A stretch of 64,000 bases of DNA from assembly GCA_963731325.1 (NCBI GenBank), contig CAVSUL010000008.1, forward strand, positions 15,101 to 79,100, read 5' to 3'. Positions 55,306 to 64,000 of the stretch are shown here, piece after piece. The notes below the pieces were generated by a model that had not been told where the DNA came from, made no database searches, and saw only the letters and a list, made by a program, of their open reading frames with translations. The translations under genes were made by a program, and so were the position numbers. Source of the DNA: an uncultured Verrucomicrobiae bacterium. GTDB taxonomy: Bacteria; Verrucomicrobiota; Verrucomicrobiia; Chthoniobacterales; JAFAMB01. Position 1 is the first letter of the stretch. Each line of letters opens with the position of its first letter.

Positions 55306-56818
55306 ACAATTTCCTGGCGTTCAGGCCCTGCGCTCGGTCAGTCTGGAGGTCGCTTCCGGCGGCGTCCACGCGCTAGTTGGCGAGAACGGAGCCGGTAAAT
55401 CCACCCTGGTCAAAATCATCTCGGGCGCGCAGCCGCCCGACAGCGGCCGCATCCTTTTTGACGACGTCCTTTTTGAGGAATACTCACCCGCTTATGCCAC
55501 CGCCCGCGGGATTTCAGTGGTTTATCAACGGCAACAATTAGTCCCGATGCTGTCGGTAGCGGAAAACATTCTATTAGGCGAACAACCGCGCCGCTTCAAC
55601 GTACTGATCGATCGAGCGGAGACCTATCGAATTGCGGCGGAACTTCTGCATCGTTTGCGGGTTGACATCGGCCTGAGAGAAAGAGTCGCTGATCTCAACC
55701 CTGCTCAACAGCAGGAGATCGCTATTGCCAAGGCGCTCTATCGTAAGGCAAAACTGATTATCCTTGATGAGCCAACCGCCGCCCTTGGCCCGAACCAGAT
55801 TGAGCGGCTCTTCGAGCTGGTCCGAGATCTGTGCTCGCACGGCATGGGCGTTCTGTACATTTCCCATCACCTGGAAGAGATCTTCCGGCTCGCCGATAGG
55901 ATCACCATTCTGCGCGATGGGAAGCTCGTGACTACCCAACCGACGAGCGAACTCACGCAGGGAGCGGTGGTAAGACTCATGGCCGGGCACGATCCTCAGC
56001 GAGTTAATGAACCCGTGGGTGTCCATCCTGAACTGCCCGGCAGAGCGGTTTCGAGCAAAGTGCCCTTCTCCGAAAGATCTGCTTTTCTTGAAATTCGAGG
56101 ACTTAGCGCCGGGCCGGTTCTCAATGAGATTCATTTCATCGTTCCCAAGGGGCAGGTTGTCGGGATTACCGGTATCCTGGGATCGGGAACTCACGATCTT
56201 GCTCGGGTCCTCTTCGGTTTACTTCAGCCGGCGAAAGGAAAGATCCTGCTGAATGGCTCTCCCTATTCGGCCCGTGGTTCGCGCGACGCGATTGCCCGAG
56301 GAGTTTTTCTGGTTTCGGAAAATCCTGCGCGCGATGGAGTCGTCGCTCAGATGACGATTGCTCAGAATATTACCCTGGTTGCTCTGCCGGCAATTACACG
56401 CCTGGGAGTTTTACAGCTAAAAGAGGAATCGGAGACGGCGCGCAATTATGTGTCTATGCTCCGAATCGCAGCACCGTCGATTGCGCGCGAGGTGGGCAAA
56501 TTGAGCGGTGGTAATCAGCAAAAGGTACTTTTGGCCAAGGCGCTCCAGGCGAAGGCGAAGTTATTAATTCTCGAAGAACCGACGCAAGGGGTGGACGTCA
56601 ATGCGAAAGAGGAGATTCATCGGATCGTTCAGGAACTGGCTGCTGGCGGCCAGGCTATTTTAGTAAGCTCGACCGATATCCGGGACCTGCTTCTTTACGT
56701 GGATCGCATACTAGTGCTGCGCGCCGGACAGATCGTCGCTGACTTGCCGGCGAATGAAGCCGATTACACCCAGGTATTAAATTTAACCTTAGGAACGGAG
56801 GATGGACTCCAAAAATAG
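55274..56818 (+). CDS. sugar ABC transporter ATP-binding protein (two-domain, CUT2)
   Basis: Begins MPVLKIENISKQFPGVQAL... Walker A GENGAGKST, LNPAQQQEIAIAKAL, LIILDEPTAAL, second domain LSGGNQQKVLLAKAL and LLILEEPTQGVD. Confidence 0.9.
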   Translation: MPVLKIENISKQFPGVQALRSVSLEVASGGVHALVGENGAGKSTLVKIISGAQPPDSGRILFDDVLFEEYSPAYATARGISVVYQRQQLVPMLSVAENILLGEQPRRFNVLIDRAETYRIAAELLHRLRVDIGLRERVADLNPAQQQEIAIAKALYRKAKLIILDEPTAALGPNQIERLFELVRDLCSHGMGVLYISHHLEEIFRLADRITILRDGKLVTTQPTSELTQGAVVRLMAGHDPQRVNEPVGVHPELPGRAVSSKVPFSERSAFLEIRGLSAGPVLNEIHFIVPKGQVVGITGILGSGTHDLARVLFGLLQPAKGKILLNGSPYSARGSRDAIARGVFLVSENPARDGVVAQMTIAQNITLVALPAITRLGVLQLKEESETARNYVSMLRIAAPSIAREVGKLSGGNQQKVLLAKALQAKAKLLILEEPTQGVDVNAKEEIHRIVQELAAGGQAILVSSTDIRDLLLYVDRILVLRAGQIVADLPANEADYTQVLNLTLGTEDGLQK

Positions 56819-57800
56819 TGTGCGTAGCCAGGTGGCGCCTGCCGGTCGTCGATCCTCAAAAGAGTCGGTGGCCAACGCCAGCCACTTTCGATTCGACCCG
56901 GCAAAGTATGGTTCGACCATTGTCCTGGTGGCCGGGATCATCGTTACTGCCATTTTTCAGCCGGTCTTCCTGACAGTCGCCAACATTGAGAATGTGCTCT
57001 CCCAGATCGCGGTGCTTGGAATTCTCACCATGGCACAAACGATCGTGCTGATTTCCGGCGGAATTGACTTATCGGTCGGAAGTAATGTGGCGCTGTCCGG
57101 AGTGGCGGCTGGATTGCTTTTCATGCATGGAGTTCCACTCTGGATCGACTGCCTTGTTGCACTGGTCTGCGCGACCCTGATCGGTTTGATCAATGGAGTG
57201 CTCGTCGCGCAGAATCGCGCCCATCCGTTTATTATTACCTTGGGAATGCTTACGCTGCTGGAAGGGATCGCTGAGTTGCTCACCGGAGGCAGCCCGGTCA
57301 ATGATATGGGCGCACTCGCGACCACACTGGGAGGGACAATCCTCTTCGGCATCCCCACGGCGGTGGTTCTACTCTTCGTGATCGTAGTGTTAACAGCGTT
57401 TTTCCTGGCGCGAACTCCCTTGGGTCGCACGGCGTACGCCATTGGCGGCAATGAGGAAGCCAGCTATCTGTCCGGCATTCCGATCAAACGCGCTAAAATC
57501 TATATTTACACCCTGGCCGGCTTCATTGCCGGGATTGCCGCACTTACCTTAAGCGGCATCCTTAACGCGGCTGAGGCGAACATTGGCACCGGTCTCGAAT
57601 TGCAATCGATCGCCGCGGCGGTCATTGGCGGCACTCCGCTCATCGGAGGGAGAGGAGGAGCGTGGAGATCTCTGCAGGGAGTTCTCTTATTAGGAGTCGT
57701 CTCGAACAGCCTTAATCTGATGTCGGTCGGTGCCAATTACCAAAACATTGCTCTCGGTATTATAGTTTTAATAGCTGTTATGGTGCAACGACGATCATGA
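56802..57800 (+). CDS. sugar ABC transporter permease (CUT2)
   Basis: Multi-TM protein with ..GGTPLIGGRGGAWRSLQGVL... Confidence 0.85.
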   Translation: MDSKNSVRSQVAPAGRRSSKESVANASHFRFDPAKYGSTIVLVAGIIVTAIFQPVFLTVANIENVLSQIAVLGILTMAQTIVLISGGIDLSVGSNVALSGVAAGLLFMHGVPLWIDCLVALVCATLIGLINGVLVAQNRAHPFIITLGMLTLLEGIAELLTGGSPVNDMGALATTLGGTILFGIPTAVVLLFVIVVLTAFFLARTPLGRTAYAIGGNEEASYLSGIPIKRAKIYIYTLAGFIAGIAALTLSGILNAAEANIGTGLELQSIAAAVIGGTPLIGGRGGAWRSLQGVLLLGVVSNSLNLMSVGANYQNIALGIIVLIAVMVQRRS

Positions 57801-57987
57801 GAGATTTTTGCTGGAAGTCTCTGCTTCGCACTGCTTTCCCTCAAAATCTTGCTTTGCTGCAAAGATTTCGGAGGAGCCAGACACACCCCGGGGGGTTAGG
57901 AAAATAGGCTGGCAATTCATTGCGCTTGTCGTCTCCTGACCGACAGGCTGGGGCTGTCGGACTTTGGCTTTTGCTGGGAATGATGAG

Positions 57988-58280
57988 CACTCGCAACGTG
58001 TCTCTGACTCTATCGCGCGGCAGTTCGGGCAGGAGCATCTTGGAGTGCGTGCGACTTGTCGCCGCTTTGAGATCGCGCAGAGCGCGACTACCAACCAGCC
58101 AAGGACTTCGCCCTTGATATCCTTCAAATAGCAAAACGAAAACAAAATTCCCGTTTTTTGCTGCATAATGGGCTAACGAGCTTTTTTCGCGGAGGGAACG
58201 AAGCACGTCGGAGATCGATCCTCGGTCAAGCCGCGCTCCGCGCGGATCCTAAAGCGGCGACAAGTCGCACGCACTCCAAA
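57988..58280. repeat. extended family A inverted-repeat element (full-length relative of 15797-15957)
   Basis: Left arm at about 58040-58085 and right arm at about 58232-58280. The left flank and spacer are collinear with 15797-15957. Confidence 0.9.
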
Positions 58281-58538
58281 GTTCGACAGCCCCTTCCACC
58301 CTGTCAGTGGCGCTGCTCGACAGATTTGGTTGCGGCTACGCCGCACTGTGACCTTTGCTGCCTTCTGTTCAACATCTTTGACCTTATCTTGGGAACTCCG
58401 AAGACATTTAACAGAAGATCGCGAAGATCACGAAGAAGAGGATTCTTCAAAAATCAATTGTGTGAAATCCCTTTTGCGAAAAGTTTTTCTGCGACTAACA
58501 TCAAGTGATCAGTAAACCCAGCTACCCCCCAAAACAAA

Positions 58539-59606
58539 ATGTATTCTCACCGAATTAACTGTGTATCGACCAAGTTCCGTTCTTTCATCCCTGCCTATTG
58601 CATACTTGTGCTCTTGGGCAGTTCGTTCGTATCTCTGACGGCGTCCTCGGGAGCCGATACCACTCCCGCGGCCGGCGGCAAGACTTTAACCATCGCCTTT
58701 CTTAGACCGGGCCCGGATCCTTACTATCAGGACGGACAGAATGGCGCCGTGTTAGCGGCGCCCGGCTTGGACGCGAAAGTCGTCACCTACTTTTCGAACA
58801 ATAGCCAGTCGCAGGAACTCGCCAATGTTGAGGACGCGATCTCCAAACACGTTGATGGCATTCTCATGTATGCGGTCTCGCTGTCGGCGGAATCGGCTGA
58901 TGTGGCCAAGGCCAATGCCGCGCACGTTCCGATCTTTCTGTTGTACGGCTACGACAAAACCATGTTGCCGAAAGTGGCCGGCTTCGAACAGGTCAACCTG
59001 ATTCAGTATGGTAAAAAAGTTGGCGAATGGCTCGCCCAGCATTTGTCGGATGGAAAGGTTGCGATTATCACGGGACTCTTAGGACGCGGCGATGCTGAAG
59101 CTTATGCCGAGGGATTCAAGGATGGCATGGCTGGAAACAGCAAGCTGACGGTGGTAGCTCAGGTGCCCGGGGACTGGAATCGGCAGAAAGCTGAACACGC
59201 GGCTCAGGACCTCATTACGGCGCATCCGGACTTGAAGGCGATGTACGTTGAGAATGAGGATATGGCGATCGGAGCGATTCTGGCGCTGAAACGCGCGAAC
59301 AAACTTTCGCAAGTGACGGTCGTGTCATGCAACGGCGCTCCCTACGGGCTCGACGCGATCAACAAGGGTGAAATCCAGGCCTCGAATACGTGTTCGCCCG
59401 CGCTCGAAGCGGTTATGGGGCTTCGCATCTTGACTGGAGTGATTCGACAGACGACCGAGTCCGGTCATCTCTATTACTCACTGACCGTCTTCGTAACGAA
59501 GGACAACACCAAGGACGCGAATCCCTGGGTTCCAGATCAGAATGACATAAAGAAGTTCTTAGCGCTCCCTGTGCTCCAACCAGTTGCTACCTCCGAGTTA
59601 CCCTAG
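58539..59606 (+). CDS. sugar ABC transporter periplasmic binding protein (CUT2)
   Basis: Signal-like ..IPAYCILVLLGSSFVSLTASSG.., then ..KTLTIAFLRPGPDPYYQDGQNGA.. and a type I binding-protein pattern. Confidence 0.8.
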   Translation: MYSHRINCVSTKFRSFIPAYCILVLLGSSFVSLTASSGADTTPAAGGKTLTIAFLRPGPDPYYQDGQNGAVLAAPGLDAKVVTYFSNNSQSQELANVEDAISKHVDGILMYAVSLSAESADVAKANAAHVPIFLLYGYDKTMLPKVAGFEQVNLIQYGKKVGEWLAQHLSDGKVAIITGLLGRGDAEAYAEGFKDGMAGNSKLTVVAQVPGDWNRQKAEHAAQDLITAHPDLKAMYVENEDMAIGAILALKRANKLSQVTVVSCNGAPYGLDAINKGEIQASNTCSPALEAVMGLRILTGVIRQTTESGHLYYSLTVFVTKDNTKDANPWVPDQNDIKKFLALPVLQPVATSELP

Positions 59607-59965
59607 ATTCTGCTGAGCCTGCTTTTGGAGTGCGCGCGACTTGTCGCCGCTTTGATGGAGTCGCGCGCGGAGGCCACGGAGGGTTGCCGCCCGATGCCAG
59701 TCTTCAGCTGTTCCTCAAGATCTTGTTTCCTGCGAGGAATTGTCGTGCTCGTGCTCGGAATACCGGCTTATTCACCAGTAGTAGCCTGTTCTGGCAAATA
59801 TCGGTACCGCGAACATCCTGTCCTCACTCGAATGATTAGTTAGGCGCGGTTAGGTGCGCCTTTACCCCGAGCACGAGCACGATTTGGTTGCGGCTGTGCT
59901 GCTCCGTACAACTATCCTTGAAAATCTTGTTTTCCTGCGAAGATTGCGGAGCGGGCAAAGACTGC

Positions 59966-60137
59966 CCCGGAGGGGCGAATTGAAAATAGGCCGGCAATTT
60001 ATTGCCGGTAATGCTACCCCGCACGCTGCGCCCCGGAGGGCCGCCCGAAAATCAGGCGGCCCTCCGGGGCGCGGTCGTCTTTTTACATGCTTTACCGGCA
60101 TTCCATGCCGGCCTATTTTCGAATCGCCCCTCCGGGG
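59966..60137. repeat. nested palindromic element (family C arms around a perfect 16-bp hairpin)
   Basis: Outer arm ccccggaggggcgaattgaaaataggccggcaatttattgccggta pairs with taccggcattccatgccggcctattttcgaatcgcccctccgggg. The central hairpin is gccccggagggccgcc-cgaaaatca-ggcggccctccggggc (60030-60070). Confidence 0.9.
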
Positions 60138-60274
60138 CGCACGAACCAGATTTGGTTGCGGCAATGCCGCCGCGCCGTGAACACCGTGGCCTCCGTGCGA
60201 TGCACTCTTCCGTTCTGGATAGATATGAATCGAGTCTCGCACGGAGCCACGGAGGATGCTGCTTTAACTGTTGA

Positions 60275-61597
60275 TCAAACCTCTTCGGTGACGAAGCCGA
60301 AGATGCTTGAAAAGCTCTCGATACTTGCTTGGTGATGACCGGTCATAAGGAGGTAATGGTGAGAGTAGAGCTGTCTCAGCAGTTTCTTCCCGTCCCTCAC
60401 GTGAATGATACCTCCGTTCAGGCAATCGGAACCTGGGTACTGCGCATAACCTTCCAGGCAGGCCTCGCTCACGTTCATTCTGTCAAAGCTCGGACTTAGC
60501 TTGGCCAGGGTGACGTCGCCTTCACCTATGCGGCCATCGATAGCATGGGCATTCTCGTCTACAATACCGAGAACCCTTTCGCGAAGCGTCCATTCGCTGC
60601 AGAAGGGTTGCGGAATGACCCCCATGTAACCGCAGTGCGCCACCAGCAGGTAGTCTTCGGGGTTTCCTGCAACGGTTGGAAACCGCTCGATGCGTTCATG
60701 TTTAAGAGCAGCATCGCCAAGAAGGAAAGGATACAGGTTTGTCATCAGGATAGGAGCTTCCAAGGTACGATGAAGGATCAGTTTGGAAATCATCGACACG
60801 GTGTCGGCTTCACAGCCCCAGATAAGGCCTCTCTCCTGGTAAAATCGGTTCCACACCTGGCAGGGCGTGGTATCGGAAAAGTGGGATTCGTTCAGGCAGT
60901 TGATTCCAGCACCGACCACGTTGCTCTCCTGGTCAAGATCTTCCCGCACCGCCAGGTAGAGCTTCGCCGCAGAGTTCAGCGCACGTTCCGACAAACCTTG
61001 ATGAGGGAAGTCCCCCCACTGCTCACGTGTTTGCATCGCTTCTGAGTCGGATTTGCTCTTCGCACGCTCCCCGAGTTCTTTGAAGCTGCGTTTCTCCACG
61101 GTGATGCCGAACTTTTCGGTCATTCTTTGCGTGCATTCATCCTCCCACCAGTAGAACCGTTTAAAGATCGGAGCTTGTTGACCGTGCCCCGGATTGTCCT
61201 GGTAGACTAAAAATTTCGCCGTTTTCAGGCTGCGACGAACGCTAAGGGCCCGGCACAGCATTCGGGCCTGGTTCAAGTTCGTCGGGGCGATGCAGTCTAC
61301 GCCTTCAGTCCGCAGGTAACACATCAACTCCCAATCCCACATCGATATAGTCCCAAATTCCGAGGTAACCACGAAGATCGGAACCGAAATCCGTCGAAAG
61401 TCTCGCACGTGCCGATACCCTTCCCCAAGGAACTGGGGGAACACGACTGCATCGGCGTCCGGCACCGTTTTCCCAAGAGGCAGTGGCGCTAAAAACTCGG
61501 CCTCTTCGCCCAACAGAATACGCAGATGATTGAGTTGATCATCAAAACCAGTGTCGCGGCCGGGTTCGAAAAACACAGGCAGTAGTCGTGCCTTCAT
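60275..61597 (-). CDS. divergent L-fucose/L-arabinose-isomerase-superfamily-like protein (function unknown)
   Basis: 440 aa. The C-terminal pattern ..GEGDVTLAKLSP..HHYLLMTGHHQASIESFSSIFGF.. parallels ..HGPVTLLSVA..AHHCSVGIGHIAGRIDKLGKLLGV.. of the 37989-39413 gene. The N-terminal half is isomerase-like (..VTSEFGTISMWDWE..). Confidence 0.5.
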   Translation of the reverse strand: MKARLLPVFFEPGRDTGFDDQLNHLRILLGEEAEFLAPLPLGKTVPDADAVVFPQFLGEGYRHVRDFRRISVPIFVVTSEFGTISMWDWELMCYLRTEGVDCIAPTNLNQARMLCRALSVRRSLKTAKFLVYQDNPGHGQQAPIFKRFYWWEDECTQRMTEKFGITVEKRSFKELGERAKSKSDSEAMQTREQWGDFPHQGLSERALNSAAKLYLAVREDLDQESNVVGAGINCLNESHFSDTTPCQVWNRFYQERGLIWGCEADTVSMISKLILHRTLEAPILMTNLYPFLLGDAALKHERIERFPTVAGNPEDYLLVAHCGYMGVIPQPFCSEWTLRERVLGIVDENAHAIDGRIGEGDVTLAKLSPSFDRMNVSEACLEGYAQYPGSDCLNGGIIHVRDGKKLLRQLYSHHYLLMTGHHQASIESFSSIFGFVTEEV

Positions 61598-61772
61598 CTT
61601 TTTTCCTCCTTACATGCGGGGGCGGCCTCTGTCGGCTGGATTAATCAGCTGCGCGGACAAAGGTATAGCGCACAATAACATAGAATTTGAGGTGCACCTT
61701 TTCACTTCGCTTATTTGCGGGCGTGAGCGAAGAATGAACAACGCGCGACGCGCTTAGAACCCCAGACCCTCC

Positions 61773-62633
61773 ATGAAAGTTGGAATTGACAGCTACAGTT
61801 ATCACCGGTTTTTCGGCGAGGTATATCCAAACCAGAAGCCGCCTCCTACGCCCTACACGATGGACGCTTTCTTAAATCGAGCGAAGCAACTGGCCTGCGA
61901 CGGCGTAAGCCTGGAATCCTGTTTCTTCCCGGAATTCTCTCCCCAGTACCTGACTTCGCTTCGCCGAAGGCTCGACGATCACGGTTTTGACCGGGTGTAT
62001 GCGTGGGGACATCCCGATGGCCTCGAGGCGGGAGGTAACTCCCGGGCAAAGGGCGAGATGATTCAGCACATTGATTACGCCGTGGCTTTGGGCGCTCCGG
62101 TAATGCGAGTTGTGGGCAGCAGCCTTATGTTCCGCTTCGAGCCGCATGAGCCGCAGCTGAAGATCCTGGCGGAATGGTTCAGAGATGCAGCGACGACTGC
62201 CGAAAAAAAGGGGGTAAAGTTGGCCATTGAAAATCATATCGATTACAATAGTGAGGAGATTCAATGGCTGATCGAAGCGGTGGGATCGGATCATTTTGGC
62301 GTTAATCTGGATACCGCTAATTTTCTGCGGGTTCTCGATGATCCCGTTGAGGCGGTAAGAAAACTTGCCAGGCATGTGTACGCTACCCACGTAAAGGATT
62401 TGCGCCCGGTTAAGGGCGTCAGTGTCAAAGAATGGTATTATTTCTCGTCGGTCCCAGCTGGCCAAGGCCTGGTAATGATCAAGGAGATTGCCCAGGTGCT
62501 TAAAGACAATGGATACCAGGGTTTCCTCGCCTTTGAAGCGGACATGCCCCATCCTGATTATGAAGGACAAGAGGAAACGATGGTCGAAGAGAGCGTACGT
62601 TACCTCAAAGAGATTGGTTCAACCTTACAATAG
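61773..62633 (+). CDS. sugar phosphate isomerase/epimerase (xylose-isomerase-like TIM barrel)
   Basis: Reads ..LGAPVMRVVG.., ..KLAIENHIDY.., ..GVNLDTANF.., ..THVKD.., ..FLAFEAD... Confidence 0.75.
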   Translation: MKVGIDSYSYHRFFGEVYPNQKPPPTPYTMDAFLNRAKQLACDGVSLESCFFPEFSPQYLTSLRRRLDDHGFDRVYAWGHPDGLEAGGNSRAKGEMIQHIDYAVALGAPVMRVVGSSLMFRFEPHEPQLKILAEWFRDAATTAEKKGVKLAIENHIDYNSEEIQWLIEAVGSDHFGVNLDTANFLRVLDDPVEAVRKLARHVYATHVKDLRPVKGVSVKEWYYFSSVPAGQGLVMIKEIAQVLKDNGYQGFLAFEADMPHPDYEGQEETMVEESVRYLKEIGSTLQ

Positions 62634-62659
62634 TTCCCGCAAAGTCCCCAATCTCCCCC

Positions 62660-63823
62660 ATGAGCAAGCCGCTGCGTATCGCGATCATTGGTGATAAGTT
62701 TATGGGTAAAGCCCATTCGAATGCCTGGCTCCAGGCCGGCCGATTTTTCGATCTCGAAAACCAACCCATCCTCAGAGTGGCCTGTGGTCGTGATCCCAAT
62801 GCGCTCTCCGCTTTTGCCAGGCGCTGGGGCTGGGAAAACACTGAAACAGATTGGCGTAAGGTGGTTGAGCGAGACGATGTCGACGTTGTCGATATCGCGG
62901 TACCCCAGAATCTCCACCATGAAGTCGCGATCGCGGCAGCGAAGGCTGGCAAACATATCTTCTGCGAAAAACCGATGGCTCTGACAGTATCTCAGGCGGA
63001 AGCCATGCTGGCTGAAGCGGAGAAGGCTGGCGTGAAACACTTTATCAACCACAACTACCGGCGCTGTCCCGCGGTTCAGTTGGCGCGCCAAATGATCGAG
63101 GAAAACAAAATCGGACGAATCTTCCATTGGCGAGGCGCTTATCAACAGGACTGGATTGTGGATCCTCACTTTCCGCTTACCTGGCACCTGCGCGAGGAAA
63201 TCGCCGGCAGCGGCCCTCATGGGGATCTCAATTCGCACAGTGTCGATCTTGCTCACTACCTTGTCGGCGATATCGCGAGCGTTTCTTGCTTGACGGCAAA
63301 GTTTATCAACAAGCGACCGCTCCCGAGCACGGGCGCGGGTACGTTCGAGGCGGGTGACATCTCGAATTCCAAGGACCTTGGCGACGTCACTGTGGAAGAT
63401 GCGTCGCTCATGATGGTGGAGTTCTCGAACGGGGCAGTCGGATCGTTCGAGGCTACGCGCTTTGCGTCCGGTCGGAAAAACCTCCACAGTTTTGAGATCT
63501 ATGGCGACAACGGCAGCCTTGGTTTTAATCTCGAGCGGATGAACGAGCTTCAGTACTACTCGCGCGTGGAACCTGGCTATACGCAAGGTTTTCGGACCAT
63601 CCTTGTTACGGAGTCGTCGCACCCTTACATCGCCAGTTGGTGGCCGCCGGGACACATCATCGGATACGAGCACACGATTGTGCACGGGGTCGCTGACTTC
63701 ATCCGCGCGATTGAGACCGGCTCGCCTATCAAAGCAAACTTCGCCGACGGCGTGAAAACGATGAAAGTCCTCGAGGCTGGCTTAACATCCGCAGCAACTG
63801 GAAAAAAGATTGTTATCATATAA
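62660..63823 (+). CDS. Gfo/Idh/MocA-family oxidoreductase
   Basis: Begins MSKPLRIAIIGDKFMGKAHSNAW.., with ..HIFCEKPMA.. and a typical C-terminal alpha/beta domain. Confidence 0.85.
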   Translation: MSKPLRIAIIGDKFMGKAHSNAWLQAGRFFDLENQPILRVACGRDPNALSAFARRWGWENTETDWRKVVERDDVDVVDIAVPQNLHHEVAIAAAKAGKHIFCEKPMALTVSQAEAMLAEAEKAGVKHFINHNYRRCPAVQLARQMIEENKIGRIFHWRGAYQQDWIVDPHFPLTWHLREEIAGSGPHGDLNSHSVDLAHYLVGDIASVSCLTAKFINKRPLPSTGAGTFEAGDISNSKDLGDVTVEDASLMMVEFSNGAVGSFEATRFASGRKNLHSFEIYGDNGSLGFNLERMNELQYYSRVEPGYTQGFRTILVTESSHPYIASWWPPGHIIGYEHTIVHGVADFIRAIETGSPIKANFADGVKTMKVLEAGLTSAATGKKIVII

Positions 63824-64000
63824 TAGGAGTAGAGTCTCACTGTGCAGCCCGTGATTTGAATGATTTCTTCACAGAAGGCCGCAAAGATCTCAAAGATTTG
63901 TTTCGCTTAAGCCACCTCTGATTTCTTCACGACTTTCGTACTACCGTCCCTCAAAATCTTGTTTTGCTGCGAAGATTCCGGAGGAGACGCCAGAACCGAT

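Noticed and set aside
62600-63685. 361-aa ORF on the minus strand
   Set aside because: It is entirely antisense to the well-supported Gfo/Idh/MocA gene (62660-63823). The composition is Arg-rich shadow-frame type with no family resemblance.

Overview
GC-rich bacterial chromosomal segment. The gene content and the dense intergenic repeats suggest a soil PVC/Verrucomicrobia-like organism, but that is inference only. I recognised no rRNA, tRNA or CRISPR array.

Layout:
- 1-14 kb: housekeeping genes. These are the glnE 3' end, an AddB/AddA-type helicase-nuclease pair joined by an ATGA overlap, and squalene-hopene cyclase translationally coupled to an MmgE/PrpD-family gene followed by a ComA-family (phosphosulfolactate synthase) gene. 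Malate dehydrogenase, a SAM methyltransferase and a VapBC-type toxin-antitoxin (TA) pair follow.
- 15-20 kb: gene-poor, decayed accessory stretch. It holds an IS110-like remnant, a cupin gene, a PIN remnant and a J-domain protein.
- 20-64 kb: four CUT2-type sugar ABC transporter loci with sugar-conversion genes. These include Gfo/Idh/MocA oxidoreductases, xylose-isomerase-like TIM barrels, a DUF993-like gene and two L-arabinose/L-fucose-isomerase-superfamily genes, with AraC and GntR regulators. Interspersed are a split autotransporter, a decayed mobile remnant carrying HEPN/MNT, a BBE-type FAD oxidase, a large HAF-repeat secreted protein and a second (frameshifted) VapBC pair.

Main observations:
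1. Intergenic DNA is saturated with several families of mosaic palindromic repeats and short-period tandem arrays (6, 7 and 9 nt). The arrays often end flush against start or stop codons.
2. An unusually large number of genes are frameshifted or truncated.
3. The shc-PrpD-ComA arrangement is the best candidate for an undescribed pathway.

I did not find a clear-cut novel multi-gene system. All functional calls rest on motif recognition by eye.
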